Source: Chrysomallon squamiferum (lineage: Eukaryota; Animalia; Mollusca). Taken from it: a stretch of 64,000 nt of DNA. The stretch is taken from NCBI GenBank assembly GCA_012295275.1, contig CM022667.1:10230001-10294000 (forward strand), in the 5' to 3' direction. The notes below the pieces were generated by a model. The model saw nothing but the letters and a program-made list of their open reading frames with translations, had not been told where the DNA came from and made no database searches. A program made the translations under genes and the position numbers. The first letter of the stretch is position 1, and the number at the start of each line of letters is the position of its first letter. Positions 54,301 to 64,000 of the stretch are shown in pieces.

Positions 54301-55689
54301 TTTTTTTTTAGGTATTGACGTTTGACTATGGCATAAAGAAACAAACTCCTCTTGAAAATAATAATTTCTCCTCAAAACCCCAGCCTGATAAAGCTTTTAA
54401 GCTAGAAAAAACAGAGGTATGTTTAGGCAAATACAACAACACAACTCTGGAAACTGAATCATTATTTAAATTGAACAACTTTTTAGTAATTGATATCATA
54501 TTTTGATTTTCACAGAAAAGTGTGTATATATATATATATATATTTTAAAGTTATAATTAATAATTATTATTATTATTGTTGTTGTTGTTGTTGTTCTTGT
54601 TTAATTTTGGTAATTTTGTAAGAATTTAACATTTATTTCATAAATTATTTTCATATTTTAGGAACTGAAGTTCGACCAAGACATAAAGGAAATAAATCCT
54701 GTTGAAAATGTGTATTTCTACTCAAAATTCGAGCCTAATAAAGCTTTTAAACTGAAAAAATCCGAGGTATTTTTAGTCAAATAAAACAACTGAATTCTGA
54801 AGACTGAATCACAATTTTAACTGCAAGAGCAAATGTATTCATATCATATTTTGATTTTGCCAGAAAATATGGATTGATCTTTTCTATTTATTATGCATGC
54901 GTATTATTGGATATTAATATTTTTAATGCAGATCTGTACGGAAGGACTGTGGTATGCACTGTCCTGTTTGTAGGATGATACATATAAAACAACTCGTGCT
55001 GCAAACAGCAACCTATGATGGATTTCGTTTCTCACAATATCTGACTGGTCGTTAATCTTAAAACTGTCTTATGTAACCTTAAATAAAAGTGTTGTTAACT
55101 AAAACATTTCTTTCTTTTTTTCTTCCTTCTGTCCCTACATCTAAAATTAGACTGCTCTAAATAAACTCTACACCACTATCTAAAAGAATTACTTCAGCAT
55201 AAGTTAATTACTAAACTCACTAAATCTTTTTGTAGATTTCACTTCTGCTACCAAAAGACTTTTCAGAACGTATGATGTATATATACTCCAAAGGCAATGA
55301 TGAAGAGAAACAAAAAGATGTTTGTCAGAATTTTGAGGACTTTTGCAAAAAGAATGGAATTGGAGGTATGTAGAATAAATAAATAAATAAATATCGATAA
55401 TATAATGATTATGACTGTAATATTTTTGAAAATAAATCATTTATATTTTTGTCTAGTTCAAAAAGGCTATTAATTATTTTTGTACACGTACTTTAAAGTC
55501 TGTAACATGTCAAAATTGTGTTCATTATTTAATGGATTATTTTTTTTTTAAATATTTTTAGAACTGTAGCATAGTTTCTTTTTCTATTTTCTTTGTAATC
55601 TTTTGTTCTGAGCAAGTAAATTCATTCTTATTTTTGCAGAGCCTAAATGTTTCGTCGATGGAACAAGCAGTTCAAGTACTATGGAATGA
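48435..55689 (+). CDS. SAMHD1: SAMHD1-like copy E: open frame, probably catalytically impaired; start exon not identified
   Basis: Exons 48435-48462 (FGGGSNRKK), 48782-48942, 49261-49376, 50242-50315, 50618-50764, 51151-51198, 51465-51632, 52098-52189, 52499-52555, 52968-53157, 53878-53952, 54312-54416 and/or 54662-54766, 55236-55365, 55640-55689 ([16 protein letters not shown]). No stop or frameshift. H233>L, Y315>T, R366>Q, Y374>V, D218>H. Confidence 0.82.
49620..50085 (+). mobile_element. Decayed RTE-like LINE 3' fragment (copy E intron 3)
   Basis: [36 protein letters not shown] resembles the RTE 'K.RE.RLRW.GHV.R…V.G.R.RGRP' tail; purine-rich, ends in GAA repeats. Confidence 0.65.
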
Positions 55690-57055
55690 AAATTCAAAGA
55701 AAAAACAGTGTTTGTTAAGCTTAAGTCAATTTTTCAAAAGGGACATCTGAACTAGCCTTAACATTTTAATAAGGTTTCCTGCTAACGAGACATTTGATTG
55801 ATTTATTTTATTCTGGTTACCTTTTTATGTGTGATAATTTGCATTCTGACAACAAATACCTTTGTTTGTGATAATTTTCAATTTTCGTTAACGAGTTATT
55901 TGATTCCTCTGTTTAATTCCTGTTTCGTTTATATTTGTGATAGTTTGCACTTTCCCTGTGTATTCCTTTATTTACTTACATTTTGACCTCTGTTTCTGAT
56001 AACTGGCACTTTTTAATATCTTTATTTTATTACTGTTTATCGTTATTCATAGTAAGTTTAACTTTTAACTAATATGATAACTGATACCGTTATTTTATTA
56101 ATATTTAGCTTTTGTATTAGGATAGTATTTTCCATTTCACTTTTTGTCATTTGATGTATGTATTTAACCTTTTAGAATGTTTTTTAATGTTTATCGTTTG
56201 ATTCACTGCACGTACTGTGTTAACACCTACGAACTGATATGACCTATACACAAACGCACATACTATTGTTCACAAATACACAAACTCATATATACACATA
56301 TGCACAGTTTACAGAGATGTGCTGAACTATTACAACAAATATAGACATAAAAACAACCAGACACATCCATGAAAACATACACACATAATTTGTGTAATTA
56401 CATTATACATATCTTACCTATATTTATGGTAATATTTTAAGTTGCATGTAAATTTATTATAAAACTTAACGGATATAAAATTAAAAATTATGTATACGTC
56501 ATTATACTGTATACATAATTTTTGTTATAATTATTAAAATTGTATTATTTGTTTTATTTAGTTTACTAATTTGTAATATCTATTTTCTCTGTAGAAGTAA
56601 TAAACCTTTAGATTTGCTTTGTCTTGGTGTTGTTGTTTTTTTTCATACCATGACGAGAATATCCGAATATCTTTAATGTACATTCATGCAAGATTTTCTG
56701 TAAACGATAACTCATAATTATTTTTCAAAATCATTAAAAATGACACCCAGTTGAATGTGTTAAGATTTATACATTGAAATAAAATAACCATTTACAATAC
56801 CTTTAATAACATCATTAAAAAAGTATTTCACGAAATTTAATAAACAATAATACATTTCACTTTTTAAACCATTAAAAGATGTTTAAAAGTCACATCTCCT
56901 GAATGTGTTAACATTATTATTTGTAGTAGTAGTAGTAGCAGCAGCAAATATTTCATTTAACAATGAATTTATTAATTTGTTACTTTTATTATTCAAATTA
57001 ATTAATTGTTTTATTAATTAAATTAATTGTTTATTTATTTAAATTTAATTTGTAG

Positions 57056-57171
57056 TGTATATCACCTGGCTGGGGTGTTTGTACAGACATTAATGGACAA
57101 ACAGAAAGAACTGAACATAACTGAGAAAGATAAACTTTGTGTACAAATCGCTGGACTTTGCCACGACCTGG
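57056..57171 (+). pseudogene. Orphan SAMHD1 exon 3 with flanking intron (copy of ~36980-37540)
   Basis: tgtag|TGTATATCACCTGGCT...CHDLG|gtaata, 116 nt and open. No neighbouring exon 2 or exon 4 was found. Confidence 0.85.
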
Positions 57172-57507
57172 GTAATAATTTGAACCATTTCTCTGTGTAA
57201 TAAAACTGCGTTCTACTATTACAAACAATAAAACGATGGCCATGTTCTATGTTCAACACATACTTAGTTACTGAAACTGCGGATCGGCTCACATTCATTT
57301 TAAGGTTTGACGTAAGATGAAGTTCCTTAGTGATCATAGTTACCGATTTACAATTAAACGGCTTCTGTTTATTTTCCTACAGTATTTTAAATCATACACT
57401 GATCTATTTATTATTATTATTATTAGTAGTAGTAGTAGTAGTAATAGTAGTAGTAGTAGTAGCAGCAGTTTCTATATGTGTGTAGGGAGGGCGTATGACG
57501 GTAAACC

Positions 57508-57552
<45 letters not shown>

Positions 57553-58023
57553 TGTTCTTCTCACGAAGTAGGGTCTTTATCTTCGATAAAGCAATGGAAA
57601 GTTTTCACAGTGATAGTGATATTTAGATAATTAATATAGTAATAATAATGATGATGATGATGATAATAATAATAATAATACTAATAAACACTGTATATAA
57701 ATAAAAGCAGTCTGTTATAAATCAGGAATAATCCTTATCTAGCGAGTCCCACTACTGTATTTCCCATTCTTACACAGCTCTCCCAGAAAGATAATTGAAA
57801 AGAAAAAGTAATAAAAAAGATGATTATATAGCCAGCTATAAATAATGCTCTAATAGTGTTTATGTTATTTCAAATATTTTGCATATTAGAAATATTTATG
57901 TAGAATTTTATATACATTATTGTGGTAAAAGCACAATATTGGTTAAGTTATTACGTCAGTTGACATAATAAAATGTAAGATGGAAATACAATATAGAATT
58001 ATCAAGAATATGTCTTAATTTGA

Positions 58024-58041
58024 GAAATCAAAACCGAAACT
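58024..58041. promoter_or_regulatory. ISRE/IRF-type element in inverted copy of the upstream module
   Basis: GAAATCAAAACCGAAACT. Confidence 0.45.
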
Positions 58042-58752
58042 TACGCGTTTTTTATTCTTCTTCTTGTATTTTTTATATCGCGATTATTTCTGTCATGAAT
58101 CTAGCGTTGGTTTATTTTAATATTTTCACTATATATATATTAACAAGAGTGAATCGCTGTTTATTTGTTAATAGCTCTATTGCTAATAAATTAATTACTT
58201 GATGGTGCGCAGTAACGTTAGTTTATTGTTAATGGTCCACACCAAAGGTATACACGACATTCGAAGTACACTCAAGTAACAATCACCTACCAACATCTTA
58301 CAGAGATCAGATTATAGTTCCTTCATCTTTTGTATAGAATGAACCATGTAACAAGTATATAGTTAAGTCTTTATCTCTGTCATGATTGTTGGTTCGGTCC
58401 ATGTCATCCACAAAAAGTCGGAGTTACCCAGGGTCGTGAGAAGTGGTTTTAATTACGTCCTCCTGAGCAATACATTTTACGAGCTTTTGTTTTACAGAAT
58501 GATCTGGCGACAGACGTCTTTGGGTAAGATTCGAACAATGTTCAATAAAAGAACGGATTTATTGTTTTGTTTTCTTCTTAGGGCATAACGCTCTGTACGG
58601 TAGCTGCTGTATTGAATGTATAGCTAGCGCTAATAATTATAAAATTAGTGTTGTGTTTGTTGTGTTTCTAATGAACAAAAACGTGCTACAGTATATATAT
58701 ATATATAAATCTGTATGTATGTATGTATGTATGTATATAAGTATATATAAAT

Positions 58753-58786
<34 letters not shown>

Positions 58787-59364
58787 TTAATGTTCAGCAA
58801 GAAAATATGTATGTATGTATGTTATTTTATTTCAAATTATTTGTGTTTGTCTGTGTTTGTGTGTGCATGTGTGTCACAGAATGTGATGATGTATGGATAT
58901 CTAATATTTGTGAGTATTTGACTAAAGATCTGCAGATATTTTCACTTGTGGTAATAAAGAGAATTTCATAAAAGGATTATTATGAAAGATTTTTTGCATA
59001 TTTCTAGGTTTCATATTATAATTTGAGAAATATCCTCATGATATGAAAAAAAAAAGCAAAACATAAATAAAAAATACCAAGATACAGCAAACCTAAGGAT
59101 TTATTCATTTTACAAGGTAAATTAACATTATAAATCAGTAAATGAAAGAAAACAAATACATTCAATCTGAAACAATAACATAAATAAGGAATCAGGATAT
59201 GGGCAGTGCAATGTCCGGAACTAGGTCATACTCTGACTGCAATCGATGGTGAATTTACTGAGATAGGTTTAAACAATATCATAAATAAGTAATCAAAATA
59301 CTGGTTAGAGTATTACTGACCAGTGCGAGCACCAGAACCAAGCAATTCTATAAATGAGGAACTC

Positions 59365-59610
59365 AGAATCTCGCTGTGAAAACTGGAGTTCTGAAACTGA
59401 AGAAACTTGAGCCAGAAAGTCCATTCAGTTTTATAGTAATGTCCTAAGCAACAAACAAGTATGTCCTTAATGTCACAGAACTGTTCTTTCTACTGACCCT
59501 TGGCTCTGTGCATGCCTAAGTTTCCCTTGAACAATCACCAACTCTGGCTACGTTACTTTCAGGTCAGTGATTATATTATACATATTTCCTGATAATGCAT
59601 ATTTCTAAAA
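59365..59610 (-). mobile_element. Same integrase remnant downstream of copy F
   Basis: Paralogue of 21295-21540; reads QSQGSVE. Confidence 0.62.
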
Positions 59611-60069
59611 ACTCACCAGCAATAAATAAAAGGAACAAATGATCAAGTTAAAGAAAAGTGTAAATTATCACAAATAAAGATAAATTTGAATAAAATAAAG
59701 GGATCAATAATAATACTAATAAAAAAAGATGAATTATTATAAATAAATATAAACAATAATAAACTAAAGGAATCAATTATAACATTAGAGAAAATACGAA
59801 TTAGTATAAATAAATCTAAATAGTAATAAAACGCACGAATCAGTTATAACATTAGTGAAAAATACACATTAATCTAAATAATAATAAATAAAGGAATCAA
59901 GTATCATTTTAGTGAAAATATAAAATAACAGACACACAAAAAGATAAAAAGCAATAAAATAAAGGTATCAATTATCACATCGAAAAGTTCAAACTATCAC
60001 ATATATAAAAAAGATATGTATGTAATAAGTTCATCTAAGATTAAAACACTCATCTTCCTCTTTGAATTT

Positions 60070-62753
60070 TTATTCTGCAGTACTTGTGCTAAGTAACCAC
60101 TGCGGATCTGTAATAATAAATAAATATTTACTTTAAAAAACAAAGAATTACAAAGAAAACTTAGCTATGAAAGAGGGCCAATAAATATTTTAAAACTAAT
60201 CAACAAATCCATTAATTAATAATGAAATTTTTTATATATTAATGACTTTATGTTACTTCTATAAATACTAGTTTTTATAAAAGACATAAATTTTTAAATT
60301 ACTTTCAGATTTGATGTTGGCAGAGACAGCGGAAGGAGAGTCAAGAAAAACGGTAAACAAAATAATTTTCTTATTTGTGGATATTTCTTTTATTTTTCCT
60401 GCTGTTTACAAACTTTTTTAAAGTAACGAAAGAGATTTCTTTGTTTCTCTTCATCGTTATCTTTGCAAACAACATAGATAATACGTTCTGAAAAGTGTTC
60501 TGGAAGCAGAAGTGAAATCTAAAAAACAAAAAACAAACAATAAAAAAATAGTAATAAATAAATAAATAATTAATTAATTAATTAATTAATATACATGATA
60601 TATTCTTTCCAATTAGTAGCAATGGATCTTTTATATTTATCATCGATGTTGTTAGACATATATTGTCGTATTCCTATATTTGGCTGAACGTACCTTGGAT
60701 TTTTCTAGTTTAGAAGCTTTACAAGACTGTGCTTTTGAGTAGAAGTACACATTTTCAACAGGATCTTTTTCATCCATGCCAAAGTCAAATTTCAGTTCCT
60801 ATTAAATATAAAGAGAGTTTTGTGAAAAATATTGAATCTGCCTAATTTAATCCAATTCTAATATAAAAAATATATATAAGGAGTTTAAATTCGTCATAAA
60901 CATTGAAAGGAAAATCATTCAGTAATTTTCCATACATTTATTTAAAATATTAAAATAGTTTATTTTAAACTTTATTAAGAAATAATTCAGGAATTTTCAA
61001 CATTCTAATATATATATTAGAATGCTGAAAATTTCTATACAAACAAAATATATATAAACTCGGCGGATTACCATTTCATAACAATCTTTAAAATTTTCTT
61101 TCTCCTCTTCTTCTGTCATGCCACTAATTACGTCTTGAATTTTACTGAACTAAAATACACAAATGCCAAATATTAGAACGTTTTCTTCTTGTTTTTGATT
61201 CTTTTTTTAAACTTTATTCTTTTCGTATTTCTTTTTTCATGTTGTGTTTTTTCAGCTTTGTGACAAACTTCACTTTCCAATGAAAAAGGATTGAATTATC
61301 TATTTCTTACTGCAAACATTTTCTTTCCTTCTTTTTTTTTTTATAGAAAAATGTAGAAAAAATAATTTCAGTTAAAAAATGTTAAATACAAGAATTTCGT
61401 GAATTATTCACAAATGACAGCCACCAATGAAAATTATTGTAAACTTATTAATTTGCTTTTTCTACTTCGTCAGTTTAAAGGCATCTGCAAGATAAGAACG
61501 ACTGAATAAATATTTAACAACTAAAATTATTTTGCTATAAGAATGATGTTATATTGAAAATCATTTCACAATTAAGTAAAGATTTAAATAAAATAAAAGC
61601 CAAAAACCTGAGGTACGGACTTTGTGCCACACATTTGTCCGCTTTTCTCTCCACGATTCTTTTCAAAATGTTTCTTGCATCCTCAAGTTCTTCACTGTCA
61701 GAAAACAGAATTTTCGTGAACACGTCATCTGTCAGTTTGTTGTAGGCCACTGGATCGTCAATACATTCAGACATCTTTCTTTTTGTTCTGTAAAATACAT
61801 CATGTATAAATGAGGTGATATTTTATACTCATATATACCATATAGCGCTAATGAAGGAACATGATTATTTCTACCAGGGTTCGACATTAATGTCTTTCTG
61901 GTCTGTTCAGCATGATCATTCTTCAGCGGATGAGACATTTTCATCATCTATGCCACATACTTGTTTTACTGCAAGAGTTAATTTAGACAGAGTTATCTAT
62001 GTACTGTGAAGAAAAAAAAGAGAATAAGTTAGAACTGGAGATTACTATTTTGGGAATAAACAAACAAACAAACAAATAAATAAATAAATATATAAAATAA
62101 TTCCAATTATAAAAATGAATATAATTCTTAATTTCAGTATCTTTATTCGCAACCAAATTACTCTGTTTCTGATGTGCTGCACTCCTAATATATCATTTAT
62201 TCTCTATAAGTATGTTTCATATTGGAAACATAATAATTTTACATTCATTCATTTGGATGATAAAAATGTATTACGAAGTCTAAATCTGTAAACTTTCACA
62301 ATATATCATTTATTCTAAGGATATAAATACAAAAGCAATTTAAGTATTTGTATCTACTGTGATTACAAAAGTGATAGTTCTACCGTCATTCATTTAGTTA
62401 ATAAAATGCACAATAAACACTTTCTGAGATTTAAGTAATTGTATATATAGTGTGATGTCATTACCAGCATGATAATTCTACCATAGTTTATGTCAATAAG
62501 AAAAACTAAAATAAAAAATATGAGAAATATAAGTTTTAGCAGTGTAATTTCAGAGATACAACAATGTACACTCACCCTTGTCTTCCTTCAATGAATATAT
62601 GATCATTTGCTTTAATCAAAGCTTGGGCCAACCTAAAAACGCAAGAGTTAGTAAATTTGTAATAACAGCGATAAAATAGGCTCACGTTTCTAATATCGAC
62701 ATATCTTTTGTGTACAGGTGGGCTTTACAAAACAGAAAGACATATTTTTCTTC

Positions 62754-62808
<55 letters not shown>

Positions 62809-63450
62809 TTAGAACAAAAATAAATAAAAATAACGCATTTTATGAAAGTAAACCATAAATTTCCATTTTTGTTTTCATGACAGCACTATTTAATACACTT
62901 TGCTAAAATATTTCTGCAGAAATAAACTCACATATGCTCGAACGTGCTGGTCACTCTGTGTTTGGCGGCTCTTCTGTGAATTTCATAGCGTGTTTGAAAC
63001 AGCTCGTAGATATCTAAGGCCTCCTGTTAATAAGTTACAATATATCAACATATTGTCAACATTTGTGGACGTTTGGGTAATATTTTTTATCCAGTTTTAT
63101 CCAGTGCAAATCATGTCCAATACCATTTGCTGTAAATCATTTATAACGATCTTTTCTGGTATCAAAATGTATAACTTGATATAAATCAGATTATAACGAC
63201 GAGGATGATGTTGAAGATTAAGCTCCTGATGACGAATGTGATGATGGTAATGATTAAGATGATGATTACGATAATCATAATATTGATGATGAAGATATTA
63301 TGAGGATGATGATGATATTATCTCACTTTATCCCTCCCACAAATGTGATACCGCCCGTCTTCAGCTTTTAGAACTCTGGCAAACTTCTTGTAACGAATGT
63401 GATCGAAATTGCTTTTGAATCCGAGCAGATAGGTGTCTCGTTCGAAATAC
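60070..63450 (-). pseudogene. SAMHD1: SAMHD1-like pseudogene, copy F (internally deleted paralogue of C)
   Basis: Partial exon 7 (63450-63327), then 63023-62932, 62632-62576, 61787-61608 (10 nt short, frameshift), 61149-61072, 60798-60694, exon 13 from 60518 with donor deleted near 60397, and 60107-60070. At ~63450 exon 7 is fused to intron sequence upstream of exon 2, so exons 2-6 are missing. Confidence 0.9.
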
Positions 63451-64000
63451 TTTCTTTAAAATATATGTGTATAAATATTTGTGTATGTTTACTGAATATT
63501 TTATTACTGTACTGGTACGTATGTAAGCATGTGTGTAAGCATGTCTGTCTGTACGTACATAATAGTGTATGCATGTGTATATATGTATGTATATAAAATA
63601 CATTTGAAAGATAAATTCGAGATTTGACATTGTAAGTAATTGTAAATTATAACATCAGTAAACAAACAATAACAAAAAATATCCCCATATAGGAAAATTA
63701 TTTTCTTAGTATCCAATTTCTTATCTATGCTTATATATATATATATATATAAATACTGTAGGACGTTTTTGTTCACTAGAAGCACAATAAAGACAAGACA
63801 CCAAAAAAAAATAAAAAAAAATAAAAAAAAGAAGAAGAAATATGTTAATTTATTGAACGCAATTCGAACCTTATGACTAGATATCTGTCGCCAGATCATT
63901 CTGCCTAATAAAAGCCCATGACACGTATTAATCCGGAGGTCATAACTAATACCGCTTCTCACGACGCAGGGGAACTCACAGCTTTTTGTGGGTGCGGCAG

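Larger units (their letters stand above)
58120..63450. repeat. Segmental duplication: direct copy of ~20315-25495
   Basis: Collinear near-identical sequence including the 3' flank, integrase remnant and exons 14 to 7. Confidence 0.9.

Overview
AT-rich, intron-containing animal DNA with very dense ATT/ACT/TATG/GATA microsatellites. The repeat landscape resembles a mollusc or cephalopod, but the taxon cannot be fixed from sequence. Almost all ORFs in the supplied track are microsatellite artefacts or single exons. Manual splicing shows the whole window is a tandem and inverted array of SAM-less SAMHD1-like HD-domain dNTP triphosphohydrolase genes of about 14 exons each. Copy A (-) runs off the left edge; B (+) is a pseudogene; C (-) is intact; D (+) is intact at 493 aa; E (+) has an open frame but altered catalytic residues and a duplicated exon 12; F (-) is a deleted pseudogene. 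Orphan exons are also present. Copies sit as head-to-head pairs in a ~25 kb segmental duplication. Highlights: (1) the sugar-gate residue Y374 is Ala or Val in every copy except pseudogene B, alongside other active-site changes; (2) two arrays of seven 45-nt, ATG-initiated, phase-2/phase-2 micro-exon-like units buried in microsatellite, frame-compatible with exon 1; (3) minus copies build their N-terminus from a duplicated HD exon; (4) a repeated upstream module carries an ISRE/IRF-type element. Splicing and all functional claims are predictions. Human SAMHD1 numbering comes from alignment by eye to the remembered sequence.
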